From the IMG/VR virus record IMGVR_UViG_2740892280_000002, positions 1 through 64,000 of that record: a stretch of 64,000 nt of DNA. The stretch is one strand, 5' to 3'. The stretch is from a virus (taxonomy: Duplodnaviria > Caudoviricetes). The notes below the pieces were generated by a model, which searched no databases, was not told where the DNA came from, and saw only the letters and a program-made list of their open reading frames with translations. The first letter of the stretch is position 1. Every line of letters begins with the position of its first letter. Positions 53,133 to 62,852 of this stretch are shown here, piece by piece. The translations under genes and the position numbers were made by a program.

Positions 53133-56100
53133 ATGGCTAACTTTCCCTTGTCTAAAGATGATTTTGACTCGCTTTTCAACGTCACTGACAGGGCGACAAG
53201 TTCTCTTGCGACTGACTTCAATCTCGGCGACGCTTCGATCATCGTAACGGACGGCGATCTCTTCCCGTCCGGTCGGCACGTCGTTACGGTCGACGATGAG
53301 CAGGTTATTGTTGCTTCGCGTTCCGGAAACGTCCTTACGGTCGAGGCTGGTGGGCGAGGGGCGTTCGGCACGCCTGTAACGGCACACTCATTCTCGACGC
53401 AGATCTCCGTAAACATGATCGCCGGCATCTGGAATACGATGACCGGAACAATCCTCGACATGCAGGAAACCCTCTGGGTCTGGCGCCTCCCGGTCCTTAG
53501 TCGGGCGATTGCGATCCCTCCCGGCGCGGTCTCGACCGGCGATAGCTACATAGTTGCTTCCGGCGGCGTTAGCGCTTGGCTAGGGCGCGACGGGGATATC
53601 GCGACTTTCAACGGCTCCGCCTGGGACTTTGTAACGCCCGAGCTCGGCTTCGCTGCTTGCGTTGCTGATGAGGGGGCGCTCGTTTTCTTCGACGGGTCCG
53701 CGTGGAAAAGCGCGGGCTCCGTAAACTCCGTTTTCGGTCGCTCGGGGGATATCACGGCCGAAAGCGGCGACTACAACGCCGGTCAAATCAGTTTCGACAA
53801 CGTAGAGAGCGGCTTGACTGCTACGGACGCGCAATCGGCTATCGACGAAGTTGCCGCGCGCGTAGCACCTCTTGAAACAGCTCCTCCTGCCCATAGCCAT
53901 ACCGTCGGTGATATTACTGACGCCGGAACGATGGCAACCCAGGATGCAAACTCCGTAGCAATTACCGGTGGGACGATCTCCGGGGCGACCGTCGATAGCC
54001 GCAACGTCGGAGCTGACGGTGCCAAGCTTGACGGCATCGCTGCCGGAGCGACCGCGAACGCTACTGACGCATTTCTCCTTGATCGCGGTAATCATACCGG
54101 CACGCAGCCGGTTAGCACTATCGACGGGCTCTCGTCAGCGCTCGGCGATGCAAGCTCTCACGCGGCGAGGACGGATAACCCTCACGCAGTTACGAAAGCG
54201 CAAGTCGGCCTTGGGAACGTATCAAACGATGCGCAGATCCCGCTCGCGCAAAAAGGAGCTCCGAACGGCGTCGCGGAGCTTGATGCAACGGGTAAGGTCC
54301 CGGCGGCTCAGCTCCCCTCCTACGTTGATGATGTCTTGGAGGTTCCGGACTATACGGCGCTCCCGATTACCGGAGAGGCTGGCAAGCTCTATGTCACGAT
54401 CAACACGAATGTAACCTACCGCTGGTCGGGGACGACCTATGTCGAGATCTCCGCGAGCGTAGCACTCGGCGAGACGGCGGACTCCGCCTATCGAGGGGAT
54501 CGCGGCAAGATCGCATATGATCATAGCCAACAGGTCGGCGGAAACCCTCACGGGGTTACAAAGTCCGAAGTCGGCCTAGGAAACGTCGACAATACTTCGG
54601 ACGCAAGCAAGCCGGTTTCAACCGCGCAACAAACGGCGCTCGATACAAAGGTCGACAAGGTCGCCGGGTATGGACTTTCCGAGGAGGACTTTACCTCGAC
54701 GCTTCTCGCAAAGGTCAATGGTATCGCGGCAGGAGCGACGGCAAACTCCTCCGATAGCGTTCTCCTTGATCGCGCGAACCATACCGGGGAGCAGGCGATT
54801 TCGACCGTTACGGGCCTGCAAGGGGCTATCGACGCAAAGGTCGACGTTGTCCCTGGCAAGCAGCTTTCTACCGAGGATTATACGACCCTCGAAAAAACGA
54901 AGCTGGCCGGCATCGAGGATGGCGCTACCGCCAACTCGACAGACGCTTTCCTGCTCGATAGGTCAAACCATACCGGTACGCAGCCGATCTCTTCGATTGA
55001 GGGATTACAGGCGGAGCTTGACGGTGGAGGAGCTCACGCTTTCCGGACGGATAACCCGCACGGGGTAACAAAGGCCCAGGTCGGCCTTGGCAACGTTACC
55101 AATCAGGCGCAGATCCCCCTTTCCGAAAAAGGGTCTCCGAACGGCGTCGCCGAGCTAGACGCAACCGGCAAAGTCCCGGCGGCTCAGCTTCCGTCATATG
55201 TCGATGAGGTCGTCGAGTTTGCGACAGCAGGGGACTTCCCGGCGACCGGGATCGGCGGCGTGATCTATATCGCGACCGATACAAACAAGACCTATCGGTG
55301 GACAGGCACGCTTTACGTCGCGATTTCCAGCGACGTCGCGCTCGGCGAAACGGCCTCGACCGCCTATCGCGGCGACCGTGGCAAGATTGCTTACGATCAC
55401 AGTCAAGCGGTAGGCAATCCGCACGGAACGACAAAGGCGGATATTGGCCTCGGGAACGTCGACAACGTTTCAAGCGCATCTCTTAGGGATCGCTCGACGC
55501 ATACGGGCACTCAAACCCTAGCGACGATCTCTAACGCGGGAACAGCCGCCGGGCTAAACGCCGGGTCTTCAATCGGAAACGTTCTGCTTATCGAAAACAA
55601 CGCCGGGACGCCGTCCCTCCCGGCTATCGACGGATCACGACTCCTCAACATCGGCGGCGGAGGGGGAGGTGGTGGAGGTAGCTCTATGGAATTCCGCGTC
55701 AGGTATATCTCTGACGGGTTCTTTATCGTCCCGGCTGGTATCTACATGATTTGGGTTACCGCCATCGGCGGCGGAGGTGGCGGAGCATCCGGAACAGGTG
55801 CAGTTTCTACAAACGTATCCGGCGGCGGTGTCCGGTATGGTGGCAATGCAGGAAAAAACGGTGCTGCTTGTTTGCTAATGCCTGTTCGGGTTACCCCAGG
55901 CGATAACTTCCCGATAACAATCGGACGCGGTGGGGCTGGTGGTGTTCAACCAGCCGTGGCTAACACGAACGTAGCCGGTGTTGCTGGTGGAACTACAATC
56001 GCCGGTAATATCATCCTCCCAGGTGGAGAAGCTGGTGAAAATGCGTCAACTTCAATATTTACAGACGAATTGCTTTTGTCCGTTATTACCGATTTCGATA

Positions 56101-56525
56101 GAACGGATACAAGACTATTCCATAATTTCGGTGGAGTTTTCAGCCCATTCATCGGGAACACAACATACCGAAATAAAGATAGCGATGTAAACAGCGCTAT
56201 CTACTATCGAGCTGCTTATGCTTTTGGCAATACGGGAGAGTCTGGAGCTTGTTACGGCCACCACACTTACCCGCAGGTTTCAGGTATTTCCTACTCCGGG
56301 ACCGGCGGCCCAGGCTCCCCGTTTAGCTTTGCGCGCGGCGCTGATGGTGGTCGTGGGGTTATCTCCAACGCAGCGAGCCCGGCGATAGGAGGGGACGGTC
56401 AAAATGCTAACCTTTGGGGATGCGGTGGCGGAGGCGGGGGCGCGGCCCAGTCTACAACAGGTCAAGCAATCTCTATCGGCTCTGGCGGTCGAGGTGCTGA
56501 TGGGATGGTCGAGATCTACTACTAG
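53133..56525 (+). CDS. Long fibre protein (DUF2793-like domain, internal 292-aa duplication, Gly-rich C-terminus)
   Basis: GDSYIVA...AW.G..G.IA...GSAW.F..P..G; repeated NPH.VTK..VGLGNV; GGGGGG domain. Confidence 0.85.
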   Translation: MANFPLSKDDFDSLFNVTDRATSSLATDFNLGDASIIVTDGDLFPSGRHVVTVDDEQVIVASRSGNVLTVEAGGRGAFGTPVTAHSFSTQISVNMIAGIWNTMTGTILDMQETLWVWRLPVLSRAIAIPPGAVSTGDSYIVASGGVSAWLGRDGDIATFNGSAWDFVTPELGFAACVADEGALVFFDGSAWKSAGSVNSVFGRSGDITAESGDYNAGQISFDNVESGLTATDAQSAIDEVAARVAPLETAPPAHSHTVGDITDAGTMATQDANSVAITGGTISGATVDSRNVGADGAKLDGIAAGATANATDAFLLDRGNHTGTQPVSTIDGLSSALGDASSHAARTDNPHAVTKAQVGLGNVSNDAQIPLAQKGAPNGVAELDATGKVPAAQLPSYVDDVLEVPDYTALPITGEAGKLYVTINTNVTYRWSGTTYVEISASVALGETADSAYRGDRGKIAYDHSQQVGGNPHGVTKSEVGLGNVDNTSDASKPVSTAQQTALDTKVDKVAGYGLSEEDFTSTLLAKVNGIAAGATANSSDSVLLDRANHTGEQAISTVTGLQGAIDAKVDVVPGKQLSTEDYTTLEKTKLAGIEDGATANSTDAFLLDRSNHTGTQPISSIEGLQAELDGGGAHAFRTDNPHGVTKAQVGLGNVTNQAQIPLSEKGSPNGVAELDATGKVPAAQLPSYVDEVVEFATAGDFPATGIGGVIYIATDTNKTYRWTGTLYVAISSDVALGETASTAYRGDRGKIAYDHSQAVGNPHGTTKADIGLGNVDNVSSASLRDRSTHTGTQTLATISNAGTAAGLNAGSSIGNVLLIENNAGTPSLPAIDGSRLLNIGGGGGGGGGSSMEFRVRYISDGFFIVPAGIYMIWVTAIGGGGGGASGTGAVSTNVSGGGVRYGGNAGKNGAACLLMPVRVTPGDNFPITIGRGGAGGVQPAVANTNVAGVAGGTTIAGNIILPGGEAGENASTSIFTDELLLSVITDFDRTDTRLFHNFGGVFSPFIGNTTYRNKDSDVNSAIYYRAAYAFGNTGESGACYGHHTYPQVSGISYSGTGGPGSPFSFARGADGGRGVISNAASPAIGGDGQNANLWGCGGGGGGAAQSTTGQAISIGSGGRGADGMVEIYY

Positions 56526-57124
56526 AGCTCAATACTCCCTACGAGCTCGTCATCTTGGAAGGCATCGAGACGGATACTCCCCTCGATGCTCCCTTTAAAA
56601 TCAAAAAGCCGGACGGAGGTATAGACGCCGTCGCTTGTACGGACAGGAAGTAGATCAAAGGCCATAATCTCGTGCGGCTGGTATACCGAGCAATCTTTTA
56701 TCAGGACCGTGCAGCGATCTGTCTCCGGATCGTCCAAATAGCCGCTCCTCGGAAGGAGCTCGGAAAACATAGCCTTTTGAGCGTCGCTAACGTAGTCGTG
56801 CCAGACAAATCTCCCGGACGGTAACCCAGCACTAACCGCGCCTCTTGATGCCTCAATCTGAGTGTAATGATCCGGCCCGAAAATCAACGAAAGATCCGAC
56901 GCTCTTCTCGTAATCTCTTTAACAATTTGGATCATGTCTGAATGAGTGTTTAACAACCTTTCGATTTTCTTTGCTATTGAAAGGTTAGGTTCGTCGACAC
57001 CCCTTTCCCATCTACTTATCGTCGCTTGCGTAACGCCTAACTCGACGGCTAAAGCCTCTTGTTTGTATTGATTAATCTTCCGCCAACGGCGGAGTTTATA
57101 GCCAATATGTCTTTTTTCAGGCAC
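56522..57124 (-). CDS. XRE HTH transcription factor with PAS-like C-terminal domain (AT-rich moron)
   Basis: KQEALAVELGVTQATISRWERG; C-terminal LSLIFGPDHYTQIEAS is PAS-like (inferred). Confidence 0.75.
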   Translation of the reverse strand: MPEKRHIGYKLRRWRKINQYKQEALAVELGVTQATISRWERGVDEPNLSIAKKIERLLNTHSDMIQIVKEITRRASDLSLIFGPDHYTQIEASRGAVSAGLPSGRFVWHDYVSDAQKAMFSELLPRSGYLDDPETDRCTVLIKDCSVYQPHEIMAFDLLPVRTSDGVYTSVRLFDFKGSIEGSIRLDAFQDDELVGSIEL

Positions 57125-57218
57125 AGCGCATATTTCCGTATTTTTTTCGGTTTGCTTCGAATTTGGCTCCTACTTAGAAAGCTTTCAGGGGGTGTCAATA
57201 CAACTAGACGGTGGGGTA

Positions 57219-57362
57219 ATGATTTCAAAAGAAGAGGCGGAACAAATCCTTGTGATGCTGCGCCTGGCAGTAGAATTCGGCTTTTCCGACAACGTAGAGT
57301 GTGTTGCGCTAACTTTAATCAAGACAGCGATTAAGGACATTGAGGGGCTTCTAGAGGATTAG
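57219..57362 (+). CDS. 47-aa small ORF divergent from the XRE-PAS gene
   Basis: MISKEEAEQILVMLRLAVEFGFSDNVECVALTLIKTAIKDIEGLLED; RBS GGTGGGG. Confidence 0.5.
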   Translation: MISKEEAEQILVMLRLAVEFGFSDNVECVALTLIKTAIKDIEGLLED

Positions 57363-57426
57363 ATTTTCTACCATTGGATGCGGGAGGTTAGATTGACACT
57401 TAGGTTTCAATTAAGGCTCCCCATCC

Positions 57427-57741
57427 ATGACCGTAAGCGCAGAAACTCTCTTTATGGCTATCTTTGGCTCGCTTCTCTCCGTTGTGGTTGGAGCGATTAC
57501 CGTAAATTTTAAAGAACTCCGGTCATTTAAGGATGATGTTCTCGCGAATTACGCAAGACGAAGCGAGATCAATACGGTCACAAACGAATTTCGCTCAGAA
57601 ATCAAGGAGATGCGCGAGTATTTCCATAATATGATGGAGAAAAGCACTTCCGAGCTCAAGGAGAGTATGAGGGAGTCCGAGGATAGAAATCGAGAGCGTC
57701 ACGAACAACTTTTGAAAGCTTTTACGAGCAGCAAGGGTTAA
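57427..57741 (+). CDS. Single-TM coiled-coil membrane protein (holin/XhlA-like)
   Basis: N-terminal TM then a charged coiled coil; TTGACA upstream. Confidence 0.55.
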   Translation: MTVSAETLFMAIFGSLLSVVVGAITVNFKELRSFKDDVLANYARRSEINTVTNEFRSEIKEMREYFHNMMEKSTSELKESMRESEDRNRERHEQLLKAFTSSKG

Positions 57742-57744
57742 ACT

Positions 57745-60700
57745 ATGGGCATCGGATCGTCCTCTCTTAACAAGTCCCCGGCTACGGGGACTACGAGCGC
57801 TCGTGTAGGCGGTATCGCTTCGTGGGAAAGCTTCTCGAATGCCGGGTCGAGCGACAACCTTTACGCGGAGTCGCAAAGCCTAGCTCAGGGTGAAACCTCC
57901 AATCTGCTTTATGTCAGGGGTTTCGACTTTGCTCTTGATCCCGGCTCAGAAATCCTCGGTATCGAAGTCTCTGTAGAGGCTTCGGAGTCCGGCGGCGATG
58001 CCGTTATCGACCTTATCCAGATCGCGGATTCCAGTGGTGCTCTTATCGGCGGAAATATCGCTGCCGGGGAAGACTTCGGCGCGGGAGCAAAGGTCGCGAG
58101 CGATTGGTCCGCTCTCCTTGAGGTTGGTGCACTAAGCCAGAATTTCGACACGTCCGTTTCTTACGGAAATAGCACGAGCCTGTTCGGTGCAACCCTTGAC
58201 GCGGTTACGGTCAACTCGCCGAATTTCGGTGTCAAAATTGGGGTTACAAAGACCGGAGTCGAAAGCGGACAGGTATTTGTCGACCGGGTCGGGGTAACTA
58301 TTCATTACCGCACCGACAAACTTCTATCCGTCGCCGAGAGGGTCGTTTCCCTTACCGGTAACATTCAAAACGTTTCTGCTGGCGCGTTCCGAGCCTCTAG
58401 CGGGATAACTACTTTTGAGGTCCCGACGTTCTTCGCGGCTATCGAGGCCGGGGTCTCTCCGATTATCCCGGCTGCAAAGCTGGTCGTATCCGGGTTTGCA
58501 CCGACAACTGAACGTGACCAAAACGTTATTGCTGGAATTCGCTCCGCAGGCGCTTTTGGGTTTGTTCCTGACATTGACGTTGACGCTCTCGTTACGGCGG
58601 GGACTTCGGCAACCTCCTTGATTGGTTTCGTGCCGGAAGACGTCCAGGTAAACATATACAGGACGGCCAGGGCCGGAGCTCTCGACCTTTATCCCTTCGG
58701 CGCGTTAACGGTTGCCGACGCTCAGCCATCTGTAGCGCGCGGCGTTGTTGACGTATCGGGCTTTGAGCCGCTCCCTATCGTTGATCACTTCGTTACAGCT
58801 AGCGCTAGCTCGGTCGAAACGAGACCTGCCACCGCTTCGGTTTCTGCTGGTGCGCACCTTCCGACTGAAGCTGGAAGAGTTGGCGCTTACGGCTTGGTTT
58901 CAAGCGTTACCTCAGACGCCTATCTAACGACCTCTCTCTCGGTCGCAGACGTTCTAGGTCTTGACGCGAAAGCATCCTCCGACGCGATACTTTCGGCGAG
59001 TGCCTCTAGCGTCACGGTCCTCGGCCTTCAAGCTGATGTAACCTCCGACGCATTCAATAAACCGGAAACCGGTTCTATTGGGGCTTTCGGTCAAGTACAG
59101 GGTCACAGAAACGGGCATAAGCTTACCCTTCCCACAATCGGTGGAACTCTCGTTTCCGGTGCTCTCGGTAGTATTAGCGCGGACGCGAAACTTACCGCTA
59201 GCTCAAGCAGCACTTCTATTGCCGGTCTTCAAGCTGGCTTTAGAAATGGACATACGCTCTCGACGCTACTGATGCCGGTTACGGTCGTCGGGTACTCCCC
59301 TGCGGTCTCGGCAGACGCGAAGCTTGTTTCGCTTTTGCTAGGCTCGGAAACGGTCTCGGGTGTTCAGCCTGAATTTCATGTCGCGGCGAATTTTTTCCCG
59401 AAGACTAGCGGGCTTTCGGTTACCCCTCTAGCGCCGACAACCCGTCGAGGGCATCGCGTTCGGGTCGATGAATATTCGATCCGCGCATATGGCTTTTTCG
59501 CGAACGTCGTCGCCGATCAGTTTATCGCGGCCTCCGCTACATCGGCCGATATTGCTGGGGAAGTTGCGACGCTCCGGGCGAGCCGGGTTTTGTCTACTTC
59601 AAAGTCGACTATTGAAGTTACCGGGAACAGTCAGAACGTTTCTGCCGGAGCCGTTCTTTCAAGTGCTACGTCAGGTCTTGACGTCCTCGGGGCAAAGGCT
59701 GGTGTCGTATCTACCGCCTTTGCTACGCCGACTTTGGGGCAGATCCGCCTTATCGGGCATCGGCTTGACGTTCGCGCGAGTCATACGCTTCAAGCGCTCA
59801 ACTCGCCTTCAGCAATTGAAGGGTATACCGGCAGCGCAACGGCTACCGTAAAGGCGAGCACCGTAACAGGAGGCGTAACGTTTGCTGGAAAGCAGGCGCT
59901 TGCTCGCGTCGATGCCCAGATCGAAGCTTTCTCGACTTCCACCGAGATTATCGGGAAGGCACCGCGACTTATTCAGGCTCAGCGCGTCCGCGTTGGAGGC
60001 GACGCGATTAATGCCCTCGGACAAAACGCTCTTGTCCGGTCGGATGCGTTTAGAACCGTTCGCGCTGCCCCTTACTCGGTCATGGGGCGTAAAGCTTCGG
60101 TTGAGGCGGATACCTCTTCGAGGGCTCGCCTCGGCGTCGTAGCGTTCGCACCGACAAGCCCAGTTAACGCTGACCTTAAGCTCGGCCATGTGCTAGCTGC
60201 ATCCGATAGCTTTGTCGGCGTCTTTGGCAGTCTGTTGGACGTAAAAACGGACGCGAAGCCGAATACCTCCCAGGCCATCGTTTCGGTGGTCGGTCAGGTT
60301 CCGGACCTTAATCTGAGCAAAACGGCAACGGCGGCAAATAGCGCTCTTTCGATAGCCGGGCTCCCCGGCGGTATTAGTGCCGGCGGTACGCCTCGGGTAG
60401 GGCTCGGGGTCATATCCGCTTCCGGGGTCGCTCCTAGCCTTCGAGCCTCCGCACGTAACCGCGCTTCGCGGTCTCTAACGGTTGTTAGAGGCGTGGAGGC
60501 AAGCGTCGCCTTTGGCGTCGTTCTTTCCGTTGCGGAGAGTCTTCTCGAAGTATCTTCCGGGAGGGCAAACGCCTCATACGGCCACGTCAAGGTAGCTAAC
60601 CGTGGCGGAGCTCGTATTGCTCAGCTCCCTCCGGCGTCTCTTGAGTCCGATGCCAAGCCGAACGAAGCAAAAGCGCCGATCAGAGTTGAAATATCGGGGA

Positions 60701-61278
60701 CTCCCCCGGCTTATATCAACGGCCACGTACTTGCTGCCGCTACGGCTCTAAACGTTAGGGCTACCGGGTTTCTTGGGGGCGTGGTCGCAGACGGGAAAAC
60801 TTACCCGTTAGCCGGTCGCGTTAGGTTGGCCGGTATCGACGGCAAAGTTACCGCCGACGCTCAAGCCCTTGTCTCGACGGAATACGTTGCCCTCGGTGGT
60901 CAACCCGTTACGCTTTCCGCAGATGCAAAACGTGAAGCGTCTCCCGGAGCGGTAACGGTTTCGGCCTTCTCCGGGAACGTTCTTGCCGACGCAGTAGGGC
61001 TCCCGTTGGCTGGCAGGGTAGGGGTTGCCGGTCAAGAGCAGGCGGTTATCGTCGGCGGAACCTACGAGGCGCAAGCGAGCAACGTCGCGTTTAGTAAGCA
61101 GAGCGCTTCGATCAGCGCCGGTTCGGTTCCGGGCGTAAGATCCTCCGCCCTCTCGGTCGCTGGTATCGGCGCAGCGATCTACGTAATGGCGCCACCGCAT
61201 CGCCGGATAGATCCGGAAGCCGAGATCCGGAGCATCTATCCGGGTAACGAGGAGCGGCAGATCAAGGTCGCCGTATAA
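57745..61278 (+). CDS. Large filament-like structural protein with degenerate 22-aa repeats
   Basis: Gly recurring every ~22 residues over most of the length. Confidence 0.7.
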   Translation: MGIGSSSLNKSPATGTTSARVGGIASWESFSNAGSSDNLYAESQSLAQGETSNLLYVRGFDFALDPGSEILGIEVSVEASESGGDAVIDLIQIADSSGALIGGNIAAGEDFGAGAKVASDWSALLEVGALSQNFDTSVSYGNSTSLFGATLDAVTVNSPNFGVKIGVTKTGVESGQVFVDRVGVTIHYRTDKLLSVAERVVSLTGNIQNVSAGAFRASSGITTFEVPTFFAAIEAGVSPIIPAAKLVVSGFAPTTERDQNVIAGIRSAGAFGFVPDIDVDALVTAGTSATSLIGFVPEDVQVNIYRTARAGALDLYPFGALTVADAQPSVARGVVDVSGFEPLPIVDHFVTASASSVETRPATASVSAGAHLPTEAGRVGAYGLVSSVTSDAYLTTSLSVADVLGLDAKASSDAILSASASSVTVLGLQADVTSDAFNKPETGSIGAFGQVQGHRNGHKLTLPTIGGTLVSGALGSISADAKLTASSSSTSIAGLQAGFRNGHTLSTLLMPVTVVGYSPAVSADAKLVSLLLGSETVSGVQPEFHVAANFFPKTSGLSVTPLAPTTRRGHRVRVDEYSIRAYGFFANVVADQFIAASATSADIAGEVATLRASRVLSTSKSTIEVTGNSQNVSAGAVLSSATSGLDVLGAKAGVVSTAFATPTLGQIRLIGHRLDVRASHTLQALNSPSAIEGYTGSATATVKASTVTGGVTFAGKQALARVDAQIEAFSTSTEIIGKAPRLIQAQRVRVGGDAINALGQNALVRSDAFRTVRAAPYSVMGRKASVEADTSSRARLGVVAFAPTSPVNADLKLGHVLAASDSFVGVFGSLLDVKTDAKPNTSQAIVSVVGQVPDLNLSKTATAANSALSIAGLPGGISAGGTPRVGLGVISASGVAPSLRASARNRASRSLTVVRGVEASVAFGVVLSVAESLLEVSSGRANASYGHVKVANRGGARIAQLPPASLESDAKPNEAKAPIRVEISGTPPAYINGHVLAAATALNVRATGFLGGVVADGKTYPLAGRVRLAGIDGKVTADAQALVSTEYVALGGQPVTLSADAKREASPGAVTVSAFSGNVLADAVGLPLAGRVGVAGQEQAVIVGGTYEAQASNVAFSKQSASISAGSVPGVRSSALSVAGIGAAIYVMAPPHRRIDPEAEIRSIYPGNEERQIKVAV

Positions 61279-61291
61279 GCACGATCGGCAT

Positions 61292-61320
61292 GGCGCGGGG
61301 TTATTTTTTGTCCCCGCGCC
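61292..61320. terminator. Hairpin after the filament gene
   Basis: GGCGCGGGG/CCCCGCGCC stem; T-run lies in the loop, so a weak terminator. Confidence 0.4.
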
Positions 61321-61376
61321 TATACCCGTAGGTTGTTCATAGCAAATCCCAATCGGCAACAATCTTGGAGTTTTCT

Positions 61377-61823
61377 ATGGCAGTGGGTGCATTTACGGTC
61401 GTCAACGATGCGCTTGAGCGTATTCTGAACGGCACTGTCGACCTCGACAGCGATACTTTTTACGCGGCTCTGATTACCGAAGCGCATACCGCTGCGGTTA
61501 CCAATTCGACCTGGGCGGATATCTCCGCCTCCCATGCTTCCGGCACGAACTACTCTCCGGTTGACCAGTCCTTGACCGTCGCCGAAGCTGCGGGCGTTGT
61601 CACCGTCGACTCCAATGACGCGAACTTCGGCAACAACGTCACGGTTGAAGCGAAATACTGCTACATCCTGGCTGGTGATGAGGCGGCTCCGGCGGCTGGC
61701 GACGCTATCATCGGCTATGTCGATCTCGACGACTCCTCCGGCACCGCGACGATCTCCTCGACCTCCGGTGACTTCGTCGTTAGCTGGAACGCCTCCGGCC
61801 TGTTCACCGTCCAGCGTCAGTAA
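61377..61823 (+). CDS. Small fibre-associated structural protein
   Basis: VDLDSDTFYAAL, GTNYS, G.F.V.WNASG.FT; strong codon bias. Confidence 0.65.
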   Translation: MAVGAFTVVNDALERILNGTVDLDSDTFYAALITEAHTAAVTNSTWADISASHASGTNYSPVDQSLTVAEAAGVVTVDSNDANFGNNVTVEAKYCYILAGDEAAPAAGDAIIGYVDLDDSSGTATISSTSGDFVVSWNASGLFTVQRQ

Positions 61824-61842
61824 TCTTTAGGAGCCGGTAGGT

Positions 61843-62343
61843 ATGGCACTCTTTACCAAAGACCCTGACGCTTATCTCGATTACTCGGTCGATTGGAAAG
61901 CGTGGATGCCTACCGGCTCCAAGATTGTCTTTTCCGAATGGGAGGTCCCTAGCGGATTGACGCTAGGGCACCAATCCCATGCCGATACGTCCGCGACGGC
62001 GTTCATTCTCGGAGGAGTTTCCGGAGAGGTCTATTCGATCCGGAACAGGATCTATGTCGACGCATTTACGACGACTGGCGGGGATATTTCGGCGGATGCC
62101 ACCCTCGGTCGATTTGTTTTCGGGTCCGCTAACCCGTCGACTATTTTCGGCGTCGTTCAAAAGATCGTCGTCTCCGGCTTTGCCTCGCCGTCCAACAACG
62201 GCGTGTTTTCCGTCGTCTCGGTTGGCGCGGACTACATCGAGGTCGAAGAAGCGCTTCAAGATGAAACGGCGGGTCAGCAGGTCGCGGTCTCCGGTGGCTT
62301 GATAGACGACCGGTCAATGAGAATCCGTATTAGGGAAAAGTAA
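61843..62343 (+). CDS. Fibre-tail adaptor-like protein
   Basis: KDPDAYLDYSVDW, GG..G..Y.I.N.I. Confidence 0.65.
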   Translation: MALFTKDPDAYLDYSVDWKAWMPTGSKIVFSEWEVPSGLTLGHQSHADTSATAFILGGVSGEVYSIRNRIYVDAFTTTGGDISADATLGRFVFGSANPSTIFGVVQKIVVSGFASPSNNGVFSVVSVGADYIEVEEALQDETAGQQVAVSGGLIDDRSMRIRIREK

Positions 62344-62852
62344 TGGCCTTCGACGCGACGGTAGGTGGCCCGGACGCTACCAGCTACGCCTCAACCGATG
62401 AGGCAGATGATTTCTTTGCGGATCGCAATGCGCCCGCTTGGAACTCCGCTTCATTTGAAGACCAGGAAGCGGCGCTATCACTCGCAACGGATTACCTTGA
62501 AACCGAGTATATCGGTCGGTGGGCCGGATCTATTGCCTCGCCTTCGCAACGCCTTTCTCACCCGCGTAGAGGGGTTGTAGACCCCGAGGGGAGGGCGATC
62601 CCGGCGAACGTAATCCCGGAGCCTGTCAAAAGGGCGACGTTTGAGCTCGCGGTGCTATCACTTTCCGGCGAAGACCTATTCGCCCGTAATGAAGATGATG
62701 CACGTGTCCTTGAGGTTGAGGAGACTGTCGGGCCTATCACGACAAAAACCAAGTATCAAAGCGCGGTCGGCATTTCCCGTATCTTTCCGCAGGTCGAGCG
62801 ATTTATCCGCCCGTTACTCTCAAACCGACGCGGCAAGCTCGTGAGGACCTGA
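62343..62852 (+). CDS. Head-tail adaptor (DnaT-like ssDNA-binding annotation family)
   Basis: SYAS.DEAD.FF, AL..ATDYLE...W.G, Q.L.HPR, IP..VK.AT.ELA, VGPI...Y. Confidence 0.8.
   Translation: MAFDATVGGPDATSYASTDEADDFFADRNAPAWNSASFEDQEAALSLATDYLETEYIGRWAGSIASPSQRLSHPRRGVVDPEGRAIPANVIPEPVKRATFELAVLSLSGEDLFARNEDDARVLEVEETVGPITTKTKYQSAVGISRIFPQVERFIRPLLSNRRGKLVRT

Noticed and set aside
54040-55480. Fibre duplication as a DGR template/variable repeat pair
   Set aside because: Both copies are in frame within one gene, differences are mostly synonymous rather than adenine-specific, and no reverse transcriptase is present.
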